DNA from: Tubiluchus corallicola
Lineage: Eukaryota > Animalia > Priapulida
Length of the DNA stretch: 64,000 bases
NCBI GenBank assembly: GCA_030141605.1
Contig: JAQGDQ010000773.1
Coordinates: forward strand, 1-64,000
Reading direction: 5' to 3'
Each line of letters begins with the position of its first letter. Position 1 is the first letter of the stretch. A model generated the notes under the pieces. The model was not told the origin of the DNA, searched no databases, and worked only from the letters and a program-made list of their open reading frames with translations. Made by a program: the position numbers and the translations under genes. Positions 12,101-24,286 of this stretch are shown piece by piece.

Positions 12101-15100
12101 GTGAGCATAGGTAGAGAAACACATTTAGCTCACACAGTTTGTTGTCAGTTGTCACATACTTACCATGAATGGATTTCACTTAAAGTGCGACAATTTAGCC
12201 TATTCGTAAGCAAAAAATTTTTTTGTTTAGGATTTTATCAAGTTTTTTTTTATCATGTATAAACTTTCGTATATTTACTTGTTTAAAATTACAATTACAA
12301 ATTACAACATTAAAATTATGTAATTATATTTGTCTCATTTTATACAGTATTAAAACAAGGGCTAAAAATTTTCTGAAGCAGCGCCCCAGTAATTTTAACT
12401 ACGAGCCGCCACGGAGACACACAGTGAAACAATAAGTGACATACTCCAAGAAAGAATTCTGATTTGATCTACGCTTCTTTCGTTCACATGTCTACTTCAG
12501 TTTTTTATCATATGTAAAACTACTGCTCTTTCTGCTATATTCAGGGTGCATAAGATTATGGATATGTATAAAATAAATAAAATAGCTTATTTTATGGATT
12601 TTTGAAATTTTATTTTATGGATATCAATAAAATAAGAAATAGACTATATTTGGAACGAGATGCCCAGGGGGAAATCAATTAAAAAGTAAAAACAGGAGTG
12701 CTTGAAACGTGTTTTTAAACACACAGGACTTAGTTTTAATTTTATCAGTTTCATATCACTTCAAATTTAATCAAATTTTACGAGACAATGCCTTGTAATT
12801 CATCACTTCAGTTCAAATAATTCATCTATTTGGGACGAATGTAGAAAATGCCCTCTAGGCTGAAGTTTCCGATCCAATGCCTGTATTCAGTTTTGATTGC
12901 CTTATTTTGTACAAAAAATCACAAAAAAAATATTTTTTATTTTATGCATTTCTTATTTTTGGATTTTTCAAATTTTATTTTATGGATTTTTGGTCTTATT
13001 TTATGGATATCAATAATCTTATGCAGCCTGGCTATATTCCTGCTTAGAAAATTTACATTTTTGTACTGTTCATGAAACATTACTTTTCATTACATTTTTT
13101 TATGAACGTAGGTTCCTTGTTGTATCGACATTGTCAACAACTTGTGTGCAATGCCCATGCGATCACTGCATTACAAGCTTCAGATGCACTGCCCCTTGGT
13201 GATGAAGCCATGTTTGAAGAAGAGGAGCAGATTCGGATAGCCACGGCAATCTACCCGTCTGCCAGCCTAATGAATCACGCTTGCGATCCAACTATTATAA
13301 ACAGGTAATCATTATTAGGAAAGATAAGAAACCATTTTTAAATAAATCTAAATAAAACTAAACAAACTAAAATTAATTGTCCTGTGGTTCGTAGTTAATT
13401 TTGCTTTTTCAAACTATTTACAGAGGCATGTGTATGTTAGCGAATGTGCAATTTTTTTTAGCTCAGCCTGTGACTCCGATTTAAAATTTTCAAGGCTTTT
13501 AAAAGAGATCTGTTTATCAATTAATGTTGCAGTTGCAAGTACAAGTCTTGTGATAATGTAATTTTTTTAAACTTTACTTGATCATTTTCACTTTAAATTT
13601 TGACACTGCAATGAATGTGTGCTTTTGTTACTATGAGAGAAAGACGTTTAACTTCAACTGGAAAATGTCAGTGTTTTTATTTTTTAGTTTTGATGGAAGC
13701 ACGTTAGTCGTAAAGGCTGTGAAAGATGTTGAAAAAGGCCAGGAGGTGTACAACTGCTATGGTAAACTTTGTAAATAAAATATTTGCTAATTTTTGGCAG
13801 AGTTAGTTCAACTGAAAACTTCAAAAAGATATAACGATTTTTGATTCGTTTAACGAAAAGAATGGCACATTTACAATTTAAACAGTTCAACTCTTTTCAA
13901 ATTATGGCTTAAGAAGGACATCACACTTACAACAATTAGTTTAACGGTTAATTAATTAAAGAAAGAGGCACTGAAAAATTGTGCACAAACCAGGATTCGA
14001 ACCCAGAACCTCCTGCTTACATGGCTGGCTGCTCTACCATTTCAGCTGCACATAGTACTGAATCTAGTTTACTTGGACGGTTGTGGTAGGGCCGGAATCT
14101 AGCTGATTATTAAGGCTATCAAGTGGACAAAGGTGTCTTAGGCACATTTGCAAGTACAATTATATTTAAGCCCTCCCTGAACAAGATTAACAGCTGCTTG
14201 GAGTATGGTAGACGAAGCATAGAACTACTTTTCTTGGCAGTCATCCATCTGGTTACTTACCAGATCCACTGCTTAATCTCATTACCAAGTTCACATTGTG
14301 TTTACTCAGGTATTTCCTCACCATTTGAAGAACTTTTACGAGTATGTATGTGGAATTGGGAAAAATGAGTGATAGGAAACTTTGTCTCCAAACAGTGACC
14401 TTCTGGTCTCCCACTCCTCAAACAATGACCTTCTGGTCTCCCACTCCTCAAACAATGACCTTCTGGTCTCCCACTCCTCAAACAATGACCTTCTGATCTC
14501 CCACTCCCCAAACAATGACCTTCTGGTCTCCCACTCCTCAAACAATGACCTTCTGGTCTTCCACTCCTCAAACAATGACCTTCTGGTCTCCCACTCCTCA
14601 AACAATGACCTTCTGGTCTCCCACTCCTCAAACAATGACCTTCTGGTCTCCCACTCCTCAAACAATGACCTTCTGGTCTTCCACTCCTCAAACAATGACC
14701 TTCTGCTCTCCCACTCCTCAAACAATGACCTTCTTGTCTCCCACTCCCCAAACAATGACCTTCTGGTTTCCCACTCCTCAAACAATGACCTTCTGGTCTC
14801 CCACTTCTCAAACAATGGCCTTCTGGTCTCCCACTCCCCAAACAATGACCTTCTGGTCTCCCACTCCTCAAACAATGACCTTCTGGTCTCCCGCTCCCCA
14901 AACAATGACCTTCTGGTCTCCCACTCCCCAAACAATGACCTTCTGGTCTCCCACTCCCACATGGTTTGCAATTCACAGAAATTTCTAAAGTGAAAATATG
15001 TAGTAGTACTTATCACTATTGAAACGTTTTAATTTCGGAAAGCAAGCTGAAAATTACTTAGTAACATTACCGTGTTTTATCACTTGCTTTGTTCTATATT

Positions 15101-18100
15101 GCATTTATTTTACTTGCATTTTTTTTCATCAGGACCTCATTTTCGCCGAATGCCTTTACAGGAGAGACGAGACTCCTTACAACAGCAATACAAGTTCTTT
15201 TGTCAATGCACAGCTTGCATACAAGGAGATGAAGACATGAAATTATATGAAGTAAAATGAAAAATATAATTTATAGTGTATTGGATTTTTAAAATACCAA
15301 GTATTTTTATTTGCACTGAAACACAGGAAATGTATCTTGCCATTTATTCAGTTAAAATTGGCCAGTTTGTTGAACTTGGTGAAGATTTATAGGTTTTAAT
15401 CTTGTGTTTTGGATAAGAGCAGTAGCATTGTCATTGGCGTAATTACACACCCCTGCAGTTGCAGTTGTCCTTGGTTGTAAAGAACTGCCAAGGACACAAA
15501 AATATTGCATAATTACATTTACTTGGTACTTTTGCTTACTTGAAATGAATAACAGGAAAAATTTAAAGACAATTTGAGACAGTTTTATAACTGATTTGTG
15601 CTGATTTGAAAAATGAGTAGGTTGCATAAATTTTACCAATGAATGCTGGGGGCTCACTGTATTATTTTACAGGAAACTTCCCAAGTGTGAAGCTATACTA
15701 CTAGGTGTGGTTTGCTTTGATAGCAGGAAACTCCATAGTTTGAAAATCTCAAAGTTGGATTTATTGTTTGTTTTTATCAGTTTTGTGTCAAGAAAGCAAT
15801 GATATGTGAGTTAAGTGCGATTCTTAGAGTAGTTTTAATCATAATTGTTTTTTATGGGAACCGCTAAAGTTTTCTGACTGATGTAATTCTAGTATAAATA
15901 CAAATTTAATCAAATTATTCATCATACAGTTGTCATAAGTAGTAGACAGGACCATAGATAATGCCGTTTTAGCTTTAATATTTGTTAAACTTATGATACG
16001 GATTAGTTCATTTTCTGTTAACAGGCTCAGCTGTGTAGTGCCTGCAGCGGCCCAGTTGTAAATTTGGTGTGTCGAGATTGCAAAAGCGAAATTGATGCTG
16101 AAAAGAACTTTCAGGTACGTTTATGATGTGTGACACGTTTTATTCAATAAATATTGATAATAAATAATACGAAAACTGATTAGATGCATAGTAAAGAAAC
16201 AAGATGTACCTATTTTCATAGAGAGCAAACTGTTTCATGTAAGAAACTGTACATAATGATGATTCAATATCTATCAATTTAGGCAGTGAATTTTGTAATT
16301 TGTTGAAGTCGTTCTACACTGATATAGGCAATTGTAGTTGTAGTTTGATTAAAACTACGTTTTCAATGCAACTATCTTTTAAGTGTAGTAATTTATCATT
16401 TTTATGTAGCTGGCTATATTTTTTCTATACCTTATCCATCGCGGTATTTTAGGAAATAAGTACTTTGAGCTCTATGAAGAATTTTTATAGTAGACCTGCA
16501 TATACATGTATATAACCAGACAGCATGCGTGATGAATAATACTTTCCAATTGGAAGGTTGTGGGTTCAATACTGTGGCTGTGGTATGTCATTTGACTGGT
16601 GCTGCTGTCATTGCTGTCTTTGGAAGGTTGTGGGTTCAATACTGTGGCTGTGGTACGTCATTTCACTGGTGCAGCTGTCATTGCTGTCTTTGGAAGGTTG
16701 TGGGTTCAATACTGTGGCTGTGGTACGTCATTTGACTGGTGCAGCTGTCATTGCTGTCTTTGTGGTTCTTTTGTAACAAAAATCTCTTTATGAAGAATTA
16801 TAATAAAATTTTGAATTTATCTATTATGAATTTCTGTTATAAAGTTGTAGTTTGATCTTTACTGTCGGTTTTAAACTTCTTCATACTCTGAAAGTTCGAA
16901 TTATTTGTCAGATTTAATGACGACTATAAATAAAAATATTTTTTATCATTATAATAATATTTTTCATGTGGCTTAAATTACTTAGCACATTTTTTAATTA
17001 GCAGGTGATCAAGCACGCTCATGAATTACGCCACGAAGGTGTAACCAAGCTTCAGAGTGGTGATAACAGAGATGCTTTAGAGATGTTTTTGAAAAGTGCT
17101 GCATTGTTGGAGAAAGTACTCTATAAACAAAACAAAGAGTTAGCTATTGCATGGGATGCTATTGCCAAGTGCTATGCACAATTAGGTATTTGCTATTCTG
17201 TGACTAAAATTATTAAACTTAGATGAGATGTCTTTAATCAAACTTTAAGGTTTCAGATTATAAACCAAGATTAAGAACAGAATATAGCTAAAGTAACTTC
17301 TGAAAAGAGGAGAAAACTTTGGGAAAGGTATTAGTGTGAACAAGCCTTAAATCACTTCAAGGGCAAGAAAAGGGGTACCTGAAGTAGATTTCAGAAAAAT
17401 TGCCTTTAAAAATTATATTACTTTATAGTAGTTTTATGCGTATATCTTACTCGAGTTGAAAGGATTTTCGGTTTTTCATTTTAAATTTCCCCGCTACTGC
17501 TTCGACCACGCAAGTACGTGATGTCACTACGCACACTGTAGATCAGAAAAAGAAAAGACAATGTTAAACTATGCCCCAAAAGACTTTCCATGCAAAGTTA
17601 TATTACTTAGCTTATCACTTACTTGCTTGAAAGAGTTATGTAACTGGAAAAGAAAATTATTAATTATTTAAAATGTTTTCACCAATTGGTAAAATGTCGC
17701 TGACTCACCTTCCAGGGTGCACCACTCACTAACCAAAAGCGTATTTTTAATCTTGTTGACAAGATACAGTAATTTAAAATTTGTACTTAGTGACGTGCAC
17801 ACTACGAAAGCTCTGATTATTTTATCAAACTTTACTCATTGTTATCTAAACTTGTTTCAAATGACTTATTGCCAAAATGGCTGCATGTAACGGTCATTGC
17901 GAGAGTTTAAATTTACATATTTTATACAGTGTTACTGCCCATGCAAGCCCTGTATGCAAAAGGGCAGTATGTAAGTGTTTCAAAACGAATTTTTAAGCTT
18001 CATGTAAGTGGTTGTGGTTTAAAGCAACACGTGAAAATCTATTGTAAATGTGACTAAAGTCTTTCTTATTTTTTTAGATGCCAGTCGTATCAAAACAACG

Positions 18101-19722
18101 ATTGTTGTCTTTTCAGTATCAGGGTTTTTTTATTGTTTCTACAACGTTTGAAATTTTCATTTTTTTTAACAGACGATTTTGAAAAGTCGGCAGATTATCT
18201 TTCAATGGCAGTGGACATTGTTGGTCAAGTCTACGGAAGCAGTTCCATTGAAGTGGGAAATGACTTACTGAAGTATAGCGACGTACTTTACTGTTTGCTT
18301 AAACAAATCATGCCTAAGTGGGACCATGTCAAAGATAGAAAATTCATGTAGGTCTGATAATTGCTGTAAAGTGTAAACTGCATGTGCTTTTTATACATTC
18401 TGGCACATTGAAACCCAACATTCAATGGCAGCTCTACTCCACGTGATGTTTGTGGTGAGAACTTTCTTTGTTCATTATCAGTAGTGTTCGTCTAAGATAA
18501 GATTGAACTGACAAAAGTTTCCTAGCCACGTTTTCCTAGTACGTTTGGCGGTACATACTTCTTCTAACCAGGTAAATGGCCAGAATCAGTATGGTGACTT
18601 GTGCGTGTTTGCCGTTGCCGCTGCCTTTGGCAAAAAATTGTAAGATATTTAAAGTTTGTTGTTGGCATTGTGAATCTCACCAAACTATTGTAAAATTGTC
18701 TGAACATGCACCAAACCTATGCAAATGTCTCAACAGTTATTCATACTATTCATCAACGATTTCAACATTTGCGAAAACTTGGAAAACGTTTTGAGATGCT
18801 TTTGAGAAGATTTCGATCGTTTTTCAACATTTTGGCAACATTAGGGAAAACCACTGTTTTCCCACTTGTCCTACGTTTCTTTCCACAAAAATACTCGCAC
18901 GAAATTAGTGCACCATTCGCTAGTTACAGAACGAATGGTTGTGTCATTGAACATGCTAAAAAGTCGCTAAACATGCACAAATACTCATGCTGATTTCGTG
19001 TGACAATCTCACGATTTTCGCTCGAGAAACGAGCCCGAAAATCTGCAAAAACAACTGGTGAATGTTTTGTGACCTGGGTGACAAAACAAAGCAGCGATAA
19101 TTTTTTGGCAGCTGTTGGACTTTTAAAATTTTTGATAGTCACAAAAAAGTCATGGCCCTTAGAAATCATGGCTTTGCCTTTGGTTGCCTAGCACACAATG
19201 AGACCATTTGTCTATTCACCTCCTCTCTAACCTATATCGTGCTTAAAAAAACTAAATTGCCTTTCCCTTTAAGTGTTTCTTATACTGTACTTTTGAAAGA
19301 CTATAATTATTTACCTAGCTGTATGTGACTATCGAATGGATATGGGCATTTAACTAAACAGACCTGTTTGTATGGATAAGACTAGTAAGAAAAACTATAT
19401 AATTGCACATTGTTTTTGTTGAAGTTCTCTTATTTCCGCACTCTTACTCATGTTCTCTTTACTGAAAAGTTCCGCACAACAGACTCGGTAAACGCGGAGC
19501 CTGCAACAAAATTTTTAATCTAGCAGTTTTCTGGAACTTTCATTAACTCAGTTTTTCTTGTACTTTAGTGATACACTAAAGAAGACTAAAGAAGTGATCC
19601 GTCGAGCACTGAAGATATTTCATCTGCATTTCACTGAATCACACGAATCTATAAAAGATCTGGAGGAAAAAGAACAAGCATTGAAATGTATCTCAGGAAT
19701 GTATGAAGAACTTATTTGGTAG
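193..19722 (+). CDS. SMYD4: SET and MYND domain protein 4-like lysine methyltransferase (5'-partial, 17 exons, ~706 aa visible)
   Basis: Phase-consistent GT-AG exons: 193-337, 535-624, 1448-1616, 2532-2592, 2869-3001, 3565-3689, 5260-5365, 5806-5866, 6800-6960, 10691-10775, 13112-13304, 13688-13761, 15133-15251, 16025-16114, 17005-17185, 18173-18347, 19569-19722 (TAG). N-terminal TPRs (RNIGNDYFRKRDHELAKEYYTQ; LALAYGNRSAVYF), split SET (GRYIVTNRRISAGDVLFVEKPYA), MYND finger (CHNC..CRHC..YCSKSC..HKYEC), SET motifs (IYPSASLMNHACDP; EVYNCYGP), post-SET FCQCTAC, extra CxxC..CxxC and C-terminal TPR-like helices. The start codon was not found in the window. Confidence 0.92.
795..865 (-). mobile_element. 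5S rRNA-like (SINE3-type) remnant; related remnants near 27260-27325 (+) and 39590-39640 (-)
   Basis: Reverse complement ccgaagtaaggcagcaccaagcttggtcagg...ggtgaccattaggaaaac resembles the 5S internal control region (aagctaagcag...cctggttagtacttggatgggagacc) but is highly diverged. Confidence 0.4.
1134..1438 (-). mobile_element. 5'-truncated RTE-clade LINE fragment with 13-bp TSD
   Basis: The minus strand encodes a degenerate RTE ORF2 C-terminus (RLRWYGHLKRR...GNRRRGRPKRRW...DL...GDPA*) followed by a GAA-rich tail. TSD tactactaggaat is at 1121-1133 and 1439-1451. Confidence 0.85.
1746..2199. mobile_element. MITE, TA-flanked (Tc1/pogo-like)
   Basis: Imperfect TIRs ccgtaaactgcgcataactcaaa / tttgagttgcacggagttttctg, TA on both sides, multiple subterminal ttttgagtta(g/a)gcga repeats. 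Confidence 0.6.
3090..3440. repeat. GA-rich low-complexity tandem repeat (~125 bp x ~3)
   Basis: Block ggagggtgtgagacagagctagagatatgtagaatgatggatggagggaag recurs at ~3180 and ~3311. Confidence 0.8.
4220..5112. mobile_element. TA-flanked non-autonomous DNA transposon; partial inverted copies at ~20590-20910 and ~63430-63510
   Basis: TIRs ca(g)taggcgcca..tagactcac / gtgagtcta..tggcacctactg with TA flanks. The internal sequence 4700-5045 matches the reverse complement of the other two loci. Confidence 0.7.
5962..6770 (+). mobile_element. TTAA-flanked non-autonomous element, family A (Kolobok-like)
   Basis: ~580-620 bp dispersed repeat that also occurs at 40701-41283 (+), 60378-60996 (-), 51178-51570 (+, partial) and 28380-28845 (-, partial). 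Best copies start ttaa-AGGAAGAC and end GTTTTGCT-ttaa. Confidence 0.75.
6513..6770. repeat. 32-bp minisatellite x ~8, amplified terminus of the family A element
   Basis: Unit ctacagtttaagattgggtccagtttggcttc; present once at the end of the other family A copies. Confidence 0.9.
7028..8356. repeat. 35-bp minisatellite x ~38
   Basis: Unit tattgtcacagtactggtttcaattgaggcctttc, near-identical copies. Confidence 0.97.
9105..10515. repeat. 37-bp minisatellite x ~38
   Basis: Unit cacagcactgtaaagattcatcac(a/t)gcaaag(c/a)aactg, with a higher-order periodicity in ~9780-10330. Confidence 0.97.
10754..11834 (+). repeat. 27-bp minisatellite x 40 made of SMYD4 exon end + 5' splice site
   Basis: Unit TTAGAAGATAAATTGTACATAG|gtaag. 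The first copy is the coding end of exon 10691-10775. First and last AG|GT junctions (10775, 11828) are 1053 nt = 39 x 27 apart. Confidence 0.97.
11915..12414 (+). mobile_element. CAGTGGCGG-terminated MITE, family B (hAT-like); copies at 37761-38333 (+) and 29686-30185 (-)
   Basis: TIR cagtggc(a/g)gctc(a/g)t / acgagccgccac. The internal sequence (tattatcaataatattcaatataat...gagggtagtactgtttgcttcacagccca) is shared among three loci. No TSD was recognised. Confidence 0.75.
12542..13030. mobile_element. hAT-superfamily MITE with intact 8-bp TSD
   Basis: TIRs cagggtgcataagattat / ataatcttatgcagcctg. Perfect TSD gctatatt at 12534-12541 and 13031-13038. Subterminal ttttatggat repeats. Confidence 0.92.
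13981..14051 (-). mobile_element. tRNA-derived SINE head or tRNA pseudogene (Thr-TGT-like)
   Basis: Reverse complement gtgcagctgaaatggtagagcagccagccatgtaagcaggaggttctgggttcgaatcctggtttgtgcac has A box TGGTAGAGC and B box GGTTCGAATCC. The stems are imperfect, so it is not called a functional tRNA. Confidence 0.65.
14391..14959. repeat. 30-bp minisatellite x 19
   Basis: Unit aacaatgaccttctggtctcccactcctca; explains four overlapping spurious ORFs. Confidence 0.97.
16551..16761. repeat. 70-bp tandem repeat x 3
   Basis: tggaaggttgtgggttcaatactgtggctgtggta...gctgtcattgctgtctt at 16551, 16621 and 16691. Confidence 0.92.
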
Positions 19723-20039
19723 CTGCTTATTTTGTGAAAACTGTGAAATGTTAAGGCAACTCGTGTCAGAAATAAAAATATTGCAAAACTGATTGTATGT
19801 TTGTATGTCACTGTCTTAATTCATTCAAGACATCCTGCTAATGTTATGCTTAATAAACACGTGAGAGTTATAATACTTACAGCAAACATCTTGTGATAAT
19901 TGACAAAAAAGTCACACAATCGAGACATTGAAAAACCAGGATCTTCCAGTTCCAGTCAACTGTTGTGTAGTCTTCCATGGTGAAAGGACCAAAAAAAGTA
20001 AAAAAGCCAAAAAACATGAAATGTTCATTTTTTGCAATA

Positions 20040-20513
20040 CAGTGGACTCTCGTTATAAGAATCACCTCGGGAGAAGGCAAAGTGATTCTTATAACGAACG
20101 ATTCTTATAACGAGCATGACCCAGAATTGCTTTAAAATTATTTATTTCCCGAAATTACGCTAGAAATGACATGAAACAGCATAATGTTTTTCTGGCCTAA
20201 AAAGGACCTAAAAATTACTAGACTAATGTTTTTATTTCATTGTTGGGTAAATATTTCATGATGCCAGAATTGCCTTAAAATTTTTTTAATGCACGTAATT
20301 TTTTTCCGCCACGCCCACTGCGCAGAACCATGTAAGCAGGGCGTGAGAGACAATGGAGTTGGCGCCAAAATTGATTCTACTATCGAAAGAAGGGTGATTC
20401 TTATACGAGCGGATTTGCACTAGGAAAATGCTGATTCAATTCGGGAAACGCGATTTTGATTCTTATATCGAGCTGATTCTTATACGTGTGATTCTTGTAA
20501 CGAGAGTCCACTG
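20040..20513. mobile_element. pogo/Tigger-like MITE
   Basis: TIR cagtggactctcgttataagaatcac / gtgattcttgtaacgagagtccactg, TA TSD, subterminal gattcttata repeats. Confidence 0.9.
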
Positions 20514-20910
20514 TATAATTTTATATGCAATAAAAGCCATTCATTAGACTCACAGTTAAAAGAATCAGTCACTTAACTGACTCAAAAATGTCTGGTACGT
20601 GTCGCTCCTATTCCTATTCGATAATTGACCCTAATAACCCCACTTAATTGAGTCAATATTTTTCCTTCGTGTTCTTAAAATAAGACACTTGGGTGTGATC
20701 AAAGAACTTTTACTGCTTTTATATCATCTTTACGTCGATTTTGTGCACTATGATGTACATAGAAACAGTCATATTAGGTAGTGCTTTGTTTGTGAGGCGG
20801 TACAGTACCATCAGATGTGCTTATATGTTAGCCTAGTGGTTTTGTTTTGAATCTCTCATCCACTTGTCCGCTGCAGTTAACCTCATTGTTTCTGTAAGCT
20901 AAACATTTAA

Positions 20911-23356
20911 GAACGCGTCTGCGAGAAGACCATGCAAAATCCAAAAATTCCGGCACAAGGTTAGGTAAACCGATTTAGACCAAAGTTCGGGTATGAGGTC
21001 CACTAGTCACTAGTATTCACTATGTGAATCCGCTTAGCCCAACTCCTCATAGTAGCAGAGGTACGGCATAGGCCGATTTTCATGAAAAAATACCTATTTT
21101 TCTCTATTTTTTACTTATATTTGAAGGATTAGCCATGCAGCAACCACTGAGTTTGAATAGATCTGGCTCTGCACAGTATTGGGTCTTGTTATCTTCTCCA
21201 AAATGACTTTTCTAGTTTTGTCCCAAACCCCCCTCTTTCAGCTCTACTGGGGGTCTTTACGCTCGCATTATGCACAAGATGCAAATACTCAGTCATTTCA
21301 AAGTCTTATATCTCACCCGCTGCGGGGGCGGGGATAAAAATATCGATATGTATGTGAATAGAGCATACCATCCCACTATGCTGTAGTGACAATTTTGATG
21401 GAGCAAATTTCCACCCTATTGTAAATGACCCCTGAAAGAGGCATATATCAGGGTGAAAATATAGGTAACAACGTTCATCAAAAAGCTTCGTGTAGGTAAA
21501 CATGAGTTGTCAAATCTTGTCAAAATACTTCAAAGCGTCATAAATATTCGTCTTTGGCAACTAGGGGCCTGGCCAGCACATTGGTTAAACTACCAACAGG
21601 ATTGGAGTCCAGCATTCAAGATGGCGGCCACTGCTGAACTAAAATGTTCGTTTTCTGGGCTGTTTTCCAGCGTTAAATGCGGTATTCTGACTAGTTATCC
21701 GCACGAAACGAATATTGTGAATCTATTAGCCCTAAATCTGAGCGAATGCCCAAAAAATATGGGACAGACTTCCCCTAAAATATCATTTGTCCGGTGATTT
21801 TTTGACTGTAAGACATCGAAAATTTTTGTGCCATTGGTGCAATCATTCAATCACACTATTAATATTTTTTGTCAGAAGTATCGATTTTGTGCCACAAATA
21901 AATTTTGGGCGAAGAAAAATTTTCTGAGCTAAATATCACCGCCATCCCCTAGAAGCGGCCCATACGCTTATATTGTCTCATGTTTAGACTGTAAGATTTT
22001 CGCCAAGACTGTAGATCACTTTCCCTATGACTACTCTTCAGTGATAGGATTATGATGCAACAATAGGAACAGTATTTTGGACTTGGAGAAATTAATTCTG
22101 ACTGAGTTTTGGAGTTTTTCATTTTTGTACTGATATTCATAATCTTCTATGTATAGCCATGAAGCTTATTCATATAAAAAGTATAAAAAATCATCGGATG
22201 TATAAAAATAAACGGATTTCTATTTTATATGTATATACCAAGTGTTGTCAGATTCTTTCGCTAGCAATGACAATCGGTACTTCTTTTCTATTAGAGGGCT
22301 TATTGTTTAGTCTTTCCTGGTATCCATTAGCGATTCAGTGTGTAGAGAATGCCCTGAATCAGGGTCGGACTCGGTACTAAGGGCATGCATGATGTCCTGT
22401 CCTGAAATCCATCAGAAGAGGCAATTATTCATATTTGTAGTCATATGAAAATTCCGACATAACTAAACCAATCTAAGATGAAATTCGCAAATTTCTAGCA
22501 ATTTCCATGGCAAAGGAATCTATTGCTACTAGGAAATTAGAGCACTAGTCATAGAAAATGCAGGTTAAACGTGGCTAAATGTCTACCGTCATATATGACC
22601 TGAGCCAAGTATGTCTACTTTTTACACATGGACGGAATTACTATGGAAAGTAAAAAAGTGTGTTGATATGGCAATTTTTTCTAACAGTGCCCTCTTTATA
22701 TAATGTCATTCATGATATTATCTCAGCTCGTGCGTTTTCATGAAATTTAGAATACAGATTTGTCACTTATAATCCAGCATATAGATAGAAAAAATATTGA
22801 AAAACTACAAAACAGGCGAATTTTGCTGATTTTTGTGAAATTTTAAAGTGCCAGTACTAAATACTGAAACAGGCTCCAGCGAATTTTCTTTTTTATATTA
22901 TTAGTGAGGATCATGGTTAACACATACATGGAAACCAGAAGTTCTGTAGCCACGCAGTAGGCGAGTTATGAACCTTACAACTTAACCTCTCCCTGGACTC
23001 CTAACAAAGAGCCGAATTTGAAAAATCCCGTTCTCTGATACCTATTAATAGTATGTCAGAAAAAATTAGGATATCAGAAGACAATGTCTGGGCCTATGTA
23101 CCAGCCAACTTACATCGACCCATCTATAATAGTTTATACAGGAGAAAAAGTTAAAATAACCCCCCAAAATAGCGATTTTTTGCCTCTTTTGAGGTTAATT
23201 TCTTGATGCGGTCATTTCTCTGCCAATAGTAGCTCGATCGATTTGATATCTTGGTTACATGGTTTTGGGGGTTCGCCCTTCATGTTAGAAAAAAATGATA
23301 TAAATTCGTCACCCCTCATGTGCCACCCTCTGCATGGTGCTCTCGCGGACTCGTTC
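20911..23356. mobile_element. ~2.45-kb non-autonomous DNA transposon with ~26-bp TIRs
   Basis: Left gaacgcgtctgcgagaagaccatgca, right tgcatggtgctctcgcggactcgttc, flanks ttaa / ttta. No transposase ORF is visible. Confidence 0.75.
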
Positions 23357-23389
23357 TTTAGTAAGTAAATAAATAAATAAGTAAGTAAA

Positions 23390-23709
23390 TAAGTAAGCAA
23401 GTAAATAAGTGAGTGAGTAAATAAGAAGGTAAGTAAGTAAATATGTAAGTAATTAAGTAAACAAGCAACTAAATAAGTAAGTAAGTAATTAAATAATTAA
23501 GTAAGCAAGTAACTAAATAAGTAAGTTATTTTGTTTCAAACACAAGGTTAAGAAAACATATGTACATCGAAACATTTAAATTTACAGAAATTATAAGATT
23601 AATAAAATAAATGTTCACAAGTTAGCGTCTTGTACAAAATACAGCAAATCACAAGCGATAAATTTACCTAATCTGACCTTATGAACTCAGCCTATATTGT
23701 CTGCAAATA
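23390..23709 (+). repeat. Direct repeat copy 1 (AAGT/AAAT microsatellite + ~185-bp unique core), upstream of the GPCR
   Basis: Core ttattttgtttcaaacacaag...cctatattgtctgcaaata is roughly 90% identical by eye to 26193-26377. Confidence 0.9.
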
Positions 23710-23741
23710 GAGTCACCCATCCTTGGTAACTGGGATAAAAA

Positions 23742-23895
23742 TTCGTACAAGCCTGCTTTTACAAAGGTGTAGAAATATTTATCCATCCTTTTAGTGCAGA
23801 TAACATTTGTACACGTCTGCTTTTACAAAGGTGTAGAAATATTTATCCATCCTTTTAGTGCAGATAGCATTTGTACAAGTCTGCTTTTATAAAGG
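23742..23895. repeat. 64-bp tandem repeat x ~2.3
   Basis: ctgcttttacaaaggtgtagaaatatttatccatccttttagtgcagata repeated. Confidence 0.85.
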
Positions 23896-24286
23896 CATAA
23901 AAGACAGAAACATTTCATACAAAAGGTTCTTTGTATCACTTTATTTATGTAACTTGGAAGGCACTCATATAATGGGGGAGTTATGAGAGCAACAGAGTGA
24001 CAAAAGTTAGATGGTGTTTAACAGAGACATTAACAAAGCAGCCATTCCTTCCATACATGTTCCTTTTATTTGCGCTGTAGACTTGTAATGGGTAAGCAAA
24101 CGTTTTACCTGCACTAGTAAAAGCTGTGCTCCTTTATCATTATCAGCAGAAACATTTGACTCGCAGATGAGAATGCAATAACTGTGACCTGCAGTACTAA
24201 TTATTTTGCTTAAATTTCAAGAAGTATGTAAATATAAACACTGTCTATCACAGAACTTTGCAGTTTATAGTAATCTGTTCAAGGCG

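Noticed and set aside
13981-14051. Functional tRNA-Thr gene
   Set aside because: A and B boxes are present but the acceptor and anticodon stems pair poorly, so it is treated as a SINE head or pseudogene pending tRNAscan-SE.
14302-15016. Four overlapping repetitive ORFs
   Set aside because: Products of the 30-bp minisatellite inside a SMYD4 intron, with no splice or homology support.
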